DNA of 37,597 nt from a virus (Duplodnaviria; Caudoviricetes): positions 1-37,597 of the IMG/VR virus record IMGVR_UViG_3300044297_000134. One strand, written 5' to 3'. The translations under genes and the position numbers were made by a program. How positions within the stretch are numbered: the stretch's first letter is position 1; each line of letters opens with the position of its first letter. The notes below the pieces were generated by a model, which worked only from the letters and a program-made list of their open reading frames with translations, made no database searches and was not told where the DNA came from. This document shows, piece by piece, positions 17,579-26,257 of the stretch.

Positions 17579-19876
17579 TCACTCAACGAGGCGCAAGACG
17601 GTGGCTGCCCTCCCCTTGCTGGCGCGCTTGGCTATTTCAAGTCGCTCCTCTTCAAGTAGCCGCCGACAGGCACGCTCGACGGCATCTGCGGAGAGCTTGC
17701 GGCAAGCCCGCAATACGTCGGTTCTGGTGGCCCATCCGTCCGCGTCCGCGTGGGCCATGATCGCCGCTTCGACGGCCGCAACCTGCCCCGCCTCGTCATC
17801 CCACTTTGGCGCGCTGTGGTCCCGCAGCGACCGCGCCACGATCGCGCTAGATGCCTCTACAAGCGCGATCGCCGTCCAAGCTACATCCTCGGTCACTACG
17901 GGCCACGATCCGGGTTGCTGCCGCAGCACAGCGAGCACGAGCGACAGCCGCGTCGCCTGCTCTGCGCACCGTCCGAGCAACGCGGGCGGCACATCTCCCG
18001 CTAGCGGCGTCCGGCGCCGGTCGTCCAGGTGATCGGCGTAGTTCGCAAGGACCGCCGCCCCACCCGCGTCCTGTACCTCGTCGGGCACATACACCCGGAT
18101 CGCATCGCCCGCTTTTGTGTCTCCGTGTGGGTTGGCGCGCACCCATTCCTCGTGTTCGATGCGCCAGCCGTCGATGGCGCTCGCCACGGCCGCCGGAACA
18201 TCGCGCGCGGTTGGCGCCGGCCGCTGGCGCTGCGGCAATATCGAGAGCGCCTCGACCCAGAAATGGCGCCCCATGAAACCGTCATCGATCGCGAGCTGCC
18301 CGACCGCGTCGTGCAGCGCAGACGGCGTTGACGACCCGAAGATCGATAAGGACGGCGCAACGAGCACCCGATCGGCGCCGCCACGCGCTACCGACGTCGC
18401 GGCGCGGTAGGTTCCGGTTCCCTTCGTCGTCAGGTCGAGCAGCAGCCCGCGCATCTCGCGTTGGTGTCCGCTGCGGCTGTCGAAAAGCGCTTTCAGTCGC
18501 GGGCCATATTCGTCGAGCACGAGCAGCAGGCCGTGACCCTCTAGCGTCGCCTGCTCGATGCGCGCCAGCGTCGACACCGTCGACGAAAGATCGTTCGCAC
18601 CGACGAGCGCCGCCCATGATCGTTCAAGCGCCTGCGTCAGCGCACCTTGCGGTCGCCCCTTGCCGTGCGCCGTGTCCGCCACCGCGCACACGATCTGCGC
18701 CGACGTCGATCGCTCGTAGACCCATCGCCGCCCGCACATCGCGGACCCGAGTGCGATCAGCGCCCCGATCGCAAGCCCCGGTTGCGGGTACTCGGCGCCG
18801 GCCATGACCCACGCCGGAAACGAGTCACACAACCCGCCCAGCGCGCGCACCTCGTCGTAGACCCGCCACGTATCCGCGTCGTCGCGTTGCGGCAGCCGCC
18901 GGAACGAACGCGGCGCCCGTTTTGTCGGTTTTGTCGTCGTTTCCTGCACTTCCCCATCGTCGACGTCGTCGGGTACGAGCGCCAGTGAGGCGTCGCCGTG
19001 GATCTCGGCGCCGTGGAATGGGTCGTCGAGCGACGACGAGGCGAGCAAGTGCCCTGGCGCATGGCCCTTCGGATCCGGCTTTGTCGATGCCTCGCGCGCC
19101 TTGTGTTCGAGTTCGCGATCCGACCACGGTGGAGTGCAGCGCAAATTAAATTCACGCAGCACCTCGAGGACGTCGCCCTCGTCCAACCCGAAACCGGTAG
19201 CACACGCGCGCGCAACTGCCATCGTCGAGCTATGCCCACCCGCGCCAGAGATAGCGCCAGGCATACGCGCTACGTAGGCCCGCGCGCGACGCATCGCCGT
19301 GTCCCGGTCGCCTATCCGTGCCGACGGCAGGACGAGCGCCCGTTGTGCCTGTACGCTGGCGCGTTTGTAGGAGCGCATCGCATCGAGCACCCACGTTGGG
19401 ATCGGTGCAGGTTCGACGTCGACGAGAATTTCGTACTGCCGCCCATCACCAACGACCGAACCAGGTGCGAGCACGTATCCACCATTGCCCCGCGTGTCGA
19501 CGTCACCATAACCTAGGCATTTATCGGCCTTCTGCGTGTTCCGCAGCACGTCGTCGTCGTCGAGCCCGTCAGGCATTCGGTAGTAGTAGTGCGCGCCCCC
19601 CCGTGGCGTTCCGACAAGCATCGTCGGGTCCAGACGATCGTGGATCGGGTGGCCTCCCTCGCTGTCGACGTCGACAACGAAGAGACCGCTTCGCCGCCCC
19701 GTCACGATCGCCACCGGCGCCTGCGGATACTGCGCCCACATCACCCGGATCGTCGCCTCGTCGGTGCTTGCCCGGTTCGGCCAGTCTTTGATGATCGGCC
19801 GTTTGTTCGCGCCCGTCGGAAAGACGGGCCAGCCACGCGCCGCAAGGGCCAGCGCAACGTCTACGTGGTTCTTCAT
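17579..19876 (-). CDS. Bifunctional DNA primase/polymerase with PriCT and C-terminal DUF3987-like helicase region
   Basis: GWPVFP, AIVTG..SGLFVVDVD, TPRGGAHYYY, DTRGNGGYVLAPGS (Prim-Pol); FNLRCTPPWSDREL (PriCT); LLVLDEYG, GFMGRH. Confidence 0.9.
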   Translation of the reverse strand: MKNHVDVALALAARGWPVFPTGANKRPIIKDWPNRASTDEATIRVMWAQYPQAPVAIVTGRRSGLFVVDVDSEGGHPIHDRLDPTMLVGTPRGGAHYYYRMPDGLDDDDVLRNTQKADKCLGYGDVDTRGNGGYVLAPGSVVGDGRQYEILVDVEPAPIPTWVLDAMRSYKRASVQAQRALVLPSARIGDRDTAMRRARAYVARMPGAISGAGGHSSTMAVARACATGFGLDEGDVLEVLREFNLRCTPPWSDRELEHKAREASTKPDPKGHAPGHLLASSSLDDPFHGAEIHGDASLALVPDDVDDGEVQETTTKPTKRAPRSFRRLPQRDDADTWRVYDEVRALGGLCDSFPAWVMAGAEYPQPGLAIGALIALGSAMCGRRWVYERSTSAQIVCAVADTAHGKGRPQGALTQALERSWAALVGANDLSSTVSTLARIEQATLEGHGLLLVLDEYGPRLKALFDSRSGHQREMRGLLLDLTTKGTGTYRAATSVARGGADRVLVAPSLSIFGSSTPSALHDAVGQLAIDDGFMGRHFWVEALSILPQRQRPAPTARDVPAAVASAIDGWRIEHEEWVRANPHGDTKAGDAIRVYVPDEVQDAGGAAVLANYADHLDDRRRTPLAGDVPPALLGRCAEQATRLSLVLAVLRQQPGSWPVVTEDVAWTAIALVEASSAIVARSLRDHSAPKWDDEAGQVAAVEAAIMAHADADGWATRTDVLRACRKLSADAVERACRRLLEEERLEIAKRASKGRAATVLRLVE

Positions 19877-19965
19877 TTCGTGATCTCCCTTGTCATCCCT
19901 TGCACGCCAGCGAGCGAGCCGCTAGCCTCTCCCCTGTCGGTCACGTCGTGGTCTCCGACACTCCC

Positions 19966-20408
19966 TCAGCACCCACCGTTCGCGCGGTGGGTGTTGTCTT
20001 TTGCGTAAATCATCCGGCGCACCTGCTGCGCGTGGAACACCTTGGACGTGCGCGCGACGAACCCGCGAGCGGCGAGCTCCGCGGCGACGGCACGAAGCGA
20101 AAGCCCTGTTTCGTAAAGTGTGCGGGCCTGACGGATGGTTGCTTGTTCGCCCTCGTGAGGGAGCAGGGTCACGCCGTCGTCTGCGATGGCGTAACCATAG
20201 GGGCGTGCCCGCCAGTTTTCTGTCCGAGTTGCGCTTTCCTCTTCATCCCTGCTTTTGTCAGTGTCGCGTGATGCGTCATGTCGCGTGAGTGAACGAGGCC
20301 ATGACATCGACCGCAAAGCGAAATCGTCTTTGTTCCACCAAGTGACCGCGGGACCACATGGTGATTGTGTAGGTTGCTTATGCTTTCACACTCAAAACAC
20401 TTGTTCAC
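19966..20408 (-). pseudogene. HNH endonuclease fused to a serine-recombinase-type DNA-binding region, split by a 1-nt frameshift
   Basis: CFEC..HHVVPRSLGG..LCGRCHGLVH then TKAGMKRKAQLGQKTGGHAP. Continues in the -1 frame as YGY...GEQATIRQ...GLSLRAVAAELAARG. The break is at the C4 run 20200-20203. Confidence 0.75.
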
Positions 20409-20417
20409 TTCGTCACC

Positions 20418-22148
20418 TCAAAAAGGAAGATCGTCGCCATCCCACGGATCCACACTAGGTAGGATCGGATCCACACTAGGTAGGATCGGCTCGTCGTCCT
20501 CGCCCGGCTGGCGACCTTCCGCGAGCAGCAGTCCGATCACGCGCGTGTAGTCTCCGTCGGGCTTCGTGCGAATCTTGAGCACGCGGCGCATTTCACCAGC
20601 GCGTAGACGCTCGACGGCTTCGGCTACGGTATCGGGCGCTCGCGTTCCCACGTTCGTCGCCCACCACTTGATCGCCTTCTCGCGCGCGAATCCCGCGTGC
20701 TCAAGGCAGATCCATTCGCTCGCGATTTTCTTCGGCACGCTCGTCGCCTTGCCGTCGTCGGCGGCAAAGTAGTCGATCCGCAGCGTCGGCGGCGCGTCCG
20801 GTGCGCCCTTCTTCGTGTGGCGCACGAACGCCACCTCGCCCACGTCGTGCTCCGTCGACGTTTCGCGCTTGCCGCCGATGCTGCCCGTCGATAGCACTGG
20901 CAGCGACGACGCGCGCTCGTTCGCTTTCTTCTCCGGCGGCGGGAATTCGTGGTCGCACTCCTTGCAGATGCGCGCGCTCGCCGGCTGTTCGGCGCAGCAC
21001 TGCGGGCACGTCTTGATCGGTGCATCGCCGCCGCCTTCGCTTTTGCGCTCTTTGATTCGCACGTCGTCGACGGGGCCGTGGCGCGCAATGTTGCCCCCGT
21101 AATCGAGCACCAGGCAATCGCTCTTCCCATCGGCGACGCGCATCCCGCGCCCGACCATCTGCACCCACAGCGACGCCGAGCACGTTGGGCGAACGACCGC
21201 GAGCACGTCGACGACCGGGGCATCAAATCCGGTTGTGAGCACGTCGCACGACGCGATGGCGGTCAGTTCACGCCGGCGGAATTTCGCGATCACCGCCTGC
21301 CGAACGATCTGTTCTGTCTCACCGACGATCAGTTCGCAGGAAATCCCGCGCTCGATCATCGCGTCGCGAAGGTGCGCCGCGTGCCCGACGCCAACGCCAA
21401 AGAGCAACGCCGACGTGCGCCCGCCTTCGCGTATTGCCGCCGCCACGTCATCGGCTACACGTTCTGTCACGCTGGCCACGTCAGCGGCCAGTTCAAGGTC
21501 GCGCAAGACGAATTCGCCAGCGTTGCGCCCGACGGCGGAGATATCCACCGTCGCCGACGCGTCGCCCGTCACGAGCGGCGATAGGTAGCCTTGCGCGATC
21601 AGGTCAGGGATCGCGCAACGGTACACGATCGAGGCGAACAGCGCGTCACTGCCCTGCGTCAAATAGCCCTGTCCTAGCCTGTACGGCGTGGCGGTCAGAC
21701 CAACGACGCGCAACGCGGGGTTGTCTTTGCGCAACGCATCGACCAGCCGCCGGTACTGCGTCCCCCCGTCGGGCGAGATCAGATGCGCTTCGTCGACGAT
21801 CAGCACGTCCACACGGCCCAGAATGGCCGCGCGCTTCGCGATCGATTGCACCCCGCAGACCGTGATCGCTTTGATCGATCGCTGCCCTAGACTGGCGCTG
21901 TAGACGCCGATAGGTGCCTCGGGCCATACGCGCCGACAAGCCGCCGCGTCTTGCTCAATCAGTTCGGCGCGGTGTGTGGCGATCACGACGCGACCGCCGC
22001 ACTCCTGCACGATCACGCGGGCAAGTTCGCCGATAATGGCGCTCTTGCCACCGCCCGTTGGCACCTCGACGAGTGGGTTGGTTCCTCCGCGCTCCCAGTA
22101 GGTGATCACCGCGTCGATCGCTGCGGATTGGTAGTCGCGCAGCTTCAT
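20418..22148 (-). CDS. SF2 DEAH helicase with Zn finger (RadD/YejH-like)
   Basis: LRDYQ, PTGGGKS, DEAH, GLTATPYR, LTTGFDAP, QMVGRGMR, CPQC/CKEC. Acidic tail DDLPF. Confidence 0.92.
   Translation of the reverse strand: MKLRDYQSAAIDAVITYWERGGTNPLVEVPTGGGKSAIIGELARVIVQECGGRVVIATHRAELIEQDAAACRRVWPEAPIGVYSASLGQRSIKAITVCGVQSIAKRAAILGRVDVLIVDEAHLISPDGGTQYRRLVDALRKDNPALRVVGLTATPYRLGQGYLTQGSDALFASIVYRCAIPDLIAQGYLSPLVTGDASATVDISAVGRNAGEFVLRDLELAADVASVTERVADDVAAAIREGGRTSALLFGVGVGHAAHLRDAMIERGISCELIVGETEQIVRQAVIAKFRRRELTAIASCDVLTTGFDAPVVDVLAVVRPTCSASLWVQMVGRGMRVADGKSDCLVLDYGGNIARHGPVDDVRIKERKSEGGGDAPIKTCPQCCAEQPASARICKECDHEFPPPEKKANERASSLPVLSTGSIGGKRETSTEHDVGEVAFVRHTKKGAPDAPPTLRIDYFAADDGKATSVPKKIASEWICLEHAGFAREKAIKWWATNVGTRAPDTVAEAVERLRAGEMRRVLKIRTKPDGDYTRVIGLLLAEGRQPGEDDEPILPSVDPILPSVDPWDGDDLPF
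20445..20489. repeat. 21-bp tandem duplication in the helicase tail
   Basis: CGGATCCACACTAGGTAGGAT x2 (plus CGG), encoding PILPSVD twice. Confidence 0.95.
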
Positions 22149-22678
22149 CGCTTCACCTCTGCAACGCAGATCGTGTCGTTGTGTGCGCCACCGTGGCAAA
22201 CAAGGAGAATTTCAATCATGCGCCAGCCTCGATTTTTGCCAAATCCAACCGACGACCAACCAAAGGACAACGCTATTGTTCCGCTCATCGCCAGCCGATC
22301 CATCTTGTCTTTGCATTCGGAATACAGCGCCGCCGTCTGGCTTTGTCGCATTCCAAGATTCAGCCCCGCGCCGTCGTAACACTCGGCCATTTGTCGCGGA
22401 GAATACGGTGGATCAAAAAGCAAAAGATCGGCAGTCAACCCTTGTGCCACAAGCTCATCGAGCCACGCTTCCGACGTTTTGCCGCTATGACGCAGATCAT
22501 TTCGATGCGTCCCGATTGTCGATGTTCCGGCAAACGGATCGACGATCACGCCCTTTCCGTCGACGTATGACGCAACAAATGAACGGATCGGTGGTATCTG
22601 AAACGTCCACGGCGAAGGCATGGCCCACGCGCGCGACATCTTGATGGATTCAACCTCGAAAAAATCGGTTTGAATCAC
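22145..22678 (-). CDS. Compact DNA adenine methyltransferase-like protein
   Basis: VDPFAG (motif I) then LFDPPYS (motif IV). GTG start overlaps the upstream stop. More AT-rich than its neighbours. Confidence 0.8.
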   Translation of the reverse strand: MIQTDFFEVESIKMSRAWAMPSPWTFQIPPIRSFVASYVDGKGVIVDPFAGTSTIGTHRNDLRHSGKTSEAWLDELVAQGLTADLLLFDPPYSPRQMAECYDGAGLNLGMRQSQTAALYSECKDKMDRLAMSGTIALSFGWSSVGFGKNRGWRMIEILLVCHGGAHNDTICVAEVKR

Positions 22679-22920
22679 GGCGCACCCAGCGCCGCGACGA
22701 GCGCCGCGACAACCCGATCGCGCACCGACCAATCAAGCACCTGCCCCGACCGCAGCCCGTCGAGCGCCTGCGTTGCCGCGACGACGAGCGCGTCACGGTG
22801 GGCGCGCGTCAGCACGAGCTCGGTTCGCAGCGCGTCGATTTCTACCCTGCGCCAATCCTGCGGCGTGATCTCTTGCGCGACCGCTGCGCTCCACCGGTTG
22901 ATCTGATCTGCGTCTGTCAT
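22675..22920 (-). CDS. Hypothetical protein, first leftward early gene
   Basis: 81 aa, SD GGGAGG, directly downstream of the leftward promoter. Confidence 0.7.
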   Translation of the reverse strand: MTDADQINRWSAAVAQEITPQDWRRVEIDALRTELVLTRAHRDALVVAATQALDGLRSGQVLDWSVRDRVVAALVAALGAP

Positions 22921-22961
22921 GGTCTCTGCCTCCCATCGCGGAGGATCCGCGTTGTGCAGCC

Positions 22962-22990
22962 ACCGTAACGCGGATCTGTTCTTTTGTCAA
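22962..22990 (-). promoter_or_regulatory. Leftward sigma70 promoter
   Basis: TTGACA, 17 nt, TACGGT. Overlapped by the inverted repeat GATCCGCGTT (22944-53) / AACGCGGATC (22967-76). Confidence 0.8.
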
Positions 22991-22998
22991 TGCAACGG

Positions 22999-23027
22999 TT
23001 GACACGACACCGGATCGCGGCTAGAGT
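22999..23027 (+). promoter_or_regulatory. Rightward sigma70 promoter
   Basis: TTGACA, 17 nt, TAGAGT, at the point where the coding strand switches. Confidence 0.85.
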
Positions 23028-23075
23028 GATCTCACCAACCACGCGCTGCCGAGCGCAAACAACGGAAACGAGACA

Positions 23076-23270
23076 ATGACCACGATCAACACGACCATCA
23101 CCACGAAGTCCGGCCGCATCGTTCGCATTCGCGTGCAGCCTGTCGGAATCAACCACGGGTTTTGGTCCGACCTTGTCGCGCGCAACGGCCGCGTCGTCGC
23201 CGAGATCGGATGCTACAGCAGCCGCGAAGCCGCAGAGACCGCCGCCGCAGACCGCGCTGCTCGCATCTGA
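23076..23270 (+). CDS. Hypothetical early protein
   Basis: 64 aa, first ORF after the rightward promoter. Confidence 0.7.
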   Translation: MTTINTTITTKSGRIVRIRVQPVGINHGFWSDLVARNGRVVAEIGCYSSREAAETAAADRAARI

Positions 23271-23294
23271 CACCGCGCACATACGGAGACCACG

Positions 23295-23405
23295 ATGACC
23301 AACTGGCACACCCTGCACCCGATCGTCCGTCGCGCCATCCTGCGCGAAGCATTCCGACGCGGCGTCGACATCGAGACTTTCTACGCCACGATCAACAACC
23401 ACTGA
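23295..23405 (+). CDS. Small hypothetical protein (36 aa)
   Basis: GGAG SD. MTNWHTLHPIVRRAILREAFRRGVDIETFYATINNH. Confidence 0.6.
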   Translation: MTNWHTLHPIVRRAILREAFRRGVDIETFYATINNH

Positions 23406-23421
23406 AACGGAGACCACGACC

Positions 23422-24114
23422 ATGTTGAACAAAAAGTCCCTCGCCGACGCCGTCGGCAAGCACGCCCCGAAGATTTGCGTTTACGGCGCCGCTGGCGCAG
23501 GAAAGACCACCCTCGTTGCCAGCCTGCGCGGCAAGGTTCTGATCCTGTCGGCCGAAGCTGGCTTGCTTTCCCTCGCTGGCGCAGACCTCGACGCCGACGT
23601 CGTCGAAGTGCAAAGCATCGAAACGCTGCGCGCCGCCTACGCAGAGATCAAAGCAGCGCCCGACGTCTACGATTGGGTCGTGCTCGACAGCGTCAGCGAG
23701 ATCGCCGAGGTCGTGCTTGCCAGCGAGAAAGCAAAGACCAAAGATCCGCGCCAAGCGTACGGCGCGCTGCAAGACGCGATGCTGCAAATCATGCGATCGT
23801 TCCGGGACCTGCCGTGCGGCGTCTATTTCAGCGCCAAGATGCAGGCGACGAAAGACGAAGCGACGGGGCGCGTCAGCTACGGAATCGGGATGCCAGGCAC
23901 CAAATTGGGCGAGCAGATTCCCTACTTGTTTGACGAGGTCTTTCGTCTCGTCGTCGTCGACGAGGACGACGGCAACGGCGGCAAGGTGGCGAACCGCTAC
24001 TTGATGACCGCCACCGACGGCAAGAGCACCGCGAAAGACCGCAGCGGTCGCCTTGACGTTTACGAGCCCGCAGACCTCGGCGCGATCGTGGCGAAGATTG
24101 GCGGTGTGGCGTGA
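23422..24114 (+). CDS. Sak4-like / AAA_24 ATPase (ssDNA annealing)
   Basis: VYGAAGAGKTT, LSAEAG, VVLDSVSE, AKDRSG. Near an SSB-like gene. Confidence 0.85.
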   Translation: MLNKKSLADAVGKHAPKICVYGAAGAGKTTLVASLRGKVLILSAEAGLLSLAGADLDADVVEVQSIETLRAAYAEIKAAPDVYDWVVLDSVSEIAEVVLASEKAKTKDPRQAYGALQDAMLQIMRSFRDLPCGVYFSAKMQATKDEATGRVSYGIGMPGTKLGEQIPYLFDEVFRLVVVDEDDGNGGKVANRYLMTATDGKSTAKDRSGRLDVYEPADLGAIVAKIGGVA

Positions 24115-24386
24115 CGAAGAAAGACAGCATGGTTGGATTGTTGCGGTTGCTCGTCTCGACGAGACTGGAACGAGCCGCCCGCGAAGCCCTCGCCGCCGAG
24201 GAAGCGCGCGGGGGCTGGCAAATCCCGGCGTCGATGGTCCCGCCGCCACCAGACACGTTCACACGCAGACAGGTTGAGGTGATGCTGCACATCGCCCTCA
24301 CCGTCCGCACCGACGAATGGACGACCAACAGCGTCGACGAGCGCGTGGCTACGCTGCTGGCCATGTTCGCGAAGGAAAAGCCATGA
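24111..24386 (+). CDS. Hypothetical protein (paralog of the 27390-27665 C-terminus)
   Basis: GTGA overlap. GWQIPASM...TLLAMFAKEKP is shared with the second copy. Confidence 0.7.
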   Translation: MTKKDSMVGLLRLLVSTRLERAAREALAAEEARGGWQIPASMVPPPPDTFTRRQVEVMLHIALTVRTDEWTTNSVDERVATLLAMFAKEKP

Positions 24387-24678
24387 CCCGAAAAGCGCCC
24401 GTCAACAAAGACACTTGGTTGGAATACTCCCCCAACTCCGCTGCGGCCTTTGCGATAACTCCGGTTTCATTCGCATCGGCGATCGGGTTCTACCTTGTTG
24501 ATGGAATTCATGGGTTACGGGAATGCCGATGTCGATGCTTGCCGTACTGAACCTTGAGGAGATCGCAAAAGATTACGATGCGTATGACGACGTCGACGCA
24601 TGGCGCAACGCCGGGAATAATGCCTGCGAACGTACGCGCAGGGCTCTTGAAAAGATTACAGCAGGCGACGACGCATAA
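24383..24678 (+). other. One frameshifted or two small hypothetical ORFs (24383-24550; 24523-24678)
   Basis: Coupled ATG 24383 begins MTRKAPVNKDTWLEY. A second frame gives MPMSMLAVLNLEEIAKDY...GDDA. Relatively AT-rich. Confidence 0.35.
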
Positions 24679-24756
24679 CCGCCCGCCGGAGCGTATCCGG
24701 CCCAGCCTCACGCGGGGATAGGCGCCCGCATCACGACCACAACCAACGAGGATCAC

Positions 24757-25302
24757 ATGGCGAGCGATTGGACAAACAACGACAACGACGGCAACGACAC
24801 GGCGCTTGGGTTTTCTCTTGCCGACGTCGACACGACCCCAGAGCTTCTGCCGCCTGGTGTGTACCCGGTGGCGTGCACGCGTGCGCGTGTGACGACGTCG
24901 AAGAACAACCCGTTGACGAAGATGGCCGAGCTCGAGGAAACCATCATCGACGGCGACGGCAAGGGTCGCAAGATTTGGTCGCGCTACATCGTGGCGCACG
25001 AAAAGTCGGAGGTCATGGCGCGCGGTCGCCGCGACCTCGCGATGGCTGCGCGCACCTACGGCGTTGCCGGTGACGACCTCGCCGATTTTGTCGGCCGTGA
25101 GTGCTCGGCCTCGGTCGCTGTCGAGGCGGGCAAAGACGGGTACGCCGACCGAAACAAGGTGACGAAGCGCACCGCGTCGTCGACCTCGAGCGCGCCCGCG
25201 CCGAAGGCGAGCGCGCCAGGTGCTGCAAAGCCGGCCTCTGCTGCTGCTCCGTCGTTCCTCACCCAGCGGCGCGCCACGCCGAAGGTTCACAACGACGCGT
25301 GA
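24757..25302 (+). CDS. DUF669-like ssDNA-binding protein
   Basis: ELLPPGVY, KGRKIW, YADRNKV and an Ala/Pro-rich tail. SD GAGG. Neighbour of the Sak4-like gene. Confidence 0.75.
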   Translation: MASDWTNNDNDGNDTALGFSLADVDTTPELLPPGVYPVACTRARVTTSKNNPLTKMAELEETIIDGDGKGRKIWSRYIVAHEKSEVMARGRRDLAMAARTYGVAGDDLADFVGRECSASVAVEAGKDGYADRNKVTKRTASSTSSAPAPKASAPGAAKPASAAAPSFLTQRRATPKVHNDA

Positions 25303-25401
25303 CGATTCCGTCGCGTGTGGCCCCGAGCGCGACAACCCGCAGGCATTTCGCAGGTGGTCGTATGCTTGGAGACATCGGGGCATTTTCTAGGAGATGAAAA
25401 C

Positions 25402-25644
25402 GTGATCGAACGATACCGGGGACCACGACGAATCAGGCTCGACGGAGAGCGCCTGTCGGCACTCAGGCAGAGCAAGGGCCACGTGCTTGAGTACGTCGCG
25501 AAGGCGTGCGGCGTAACGCGCCAAGCGGTGCACCGATGGGAGACCGAGCGCGCGCTGCCCGACGACCGCGCGATCGAGCGGCTGATCGCGGTGTTCGGAA
25601 TCGAAGACCTTGCAAAAGTTCTTGACGTCAAAACATGGGAGTAA
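25402..25644 (+). CDS. XRE/Cro-like helix-turn-helix regulator
   Basis: LSALRQSKG..LEYVAKACGVTRQAVHRWET...P. SD AGGAG before GTG 25402. Confidence 0.85.
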   Translation: MIERYRGPRRIRLDGERLSALRQSKGHVLEYVAKACGVTRQAVHRWETERALPDDRAIERLIAVFGIEDLAKVLDVKTWE

Positions 25645-25646
25645 AC

Positions 25647-25865
25647 ATGGAACCAGAAGAGATGACGAAGACCTCGATTGAAGAAATCTGCGACCAAGTC
25701 AGGACACTCGCAATGCAATGCGCGCAAGCGCGCCACGTCGCCTACGACGCGATCGTGATGCTTGAAATGCTCGTCCCCGCTGGCGTTCTGACACCGATGG
25801 ATCAGATTGCCGTGACGCAGCTTCGAAAGCGGCTTGATGCGCTTTACCCGTGGGCAAAGCGATGA
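25647..25865 (+). CDS. Hypothetical protein
   Basis: 72 aa, SD GGGAG, ATGA overlap with the downstream gene. Confidence 0.65.
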   Translation: MEPEEMTKTSIEEICDQVRTLAMQCAQARHVAYDAIVMLEMLVPAGVLTPMDQIAVTQLRKRLDALYPWAKR

Positions 25866-26257
25866 GCCAGCCAGACCTCAAGACGATGACGTTTCGCGAC
25901 GTAACGATCGAAGGGATGAAGCTCGGCGCCGCGCTAAACGCTCGCGTGCATTGGACGTCACGAGCAAGCAAGGTGCGCCGTGAACGTCTCGCCGTGCGCG
26001 CTGCACTGGCGCACGGTTGGCGGCCAGATGTCGAGACCGCCAGCCCGCCGACGACGTGCACGATGATCCGCATGGCGCCGCGTGCTCTTGACGACGACAA
26101 CCTTGCGGGCGCGTTCAAGGCGATCCGCGACGAAGTCGCCGCGTTCTTCGGCGTCGACGATGGGCCGAAGGGTCCGATCACGTGGTGCTATGAACAACGC
26201 AAAGGCGCGCCAAAGCAATACGCCGTGTGCATCCGGCTTACATGGAGTGAAGCATGA
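25862..26257 (+). CDS. RusA-like Holliday junction resolvase
   Basis: LNARVHW...RALDDDNLAGAFKAIRD...GVDD acidic catalytic pattern. Confidence 0.7.
   Translation: MSQPDLKTMTFRDVTIEGMKLGAALNARVHWTSRASKVRRERLAVRAALAHGWRPDVETASPPTTCTMIRMAPRALDDDNLAGAFKAIRDEVAAFFGVDDGPKGPITWCYEQRKGAPKQYAVCIRLTWSEA

Noticed and set aside
19966-20200. Recombinase-like domain as an integrase
   Set aside because: There is no serine catalytic domain; the N-terminus is HNH.
20445-20489. Direct repeat as a CRISPR or mini-array
   Set aside because: Two abutting units with no spacer, in frame within a coding tail.
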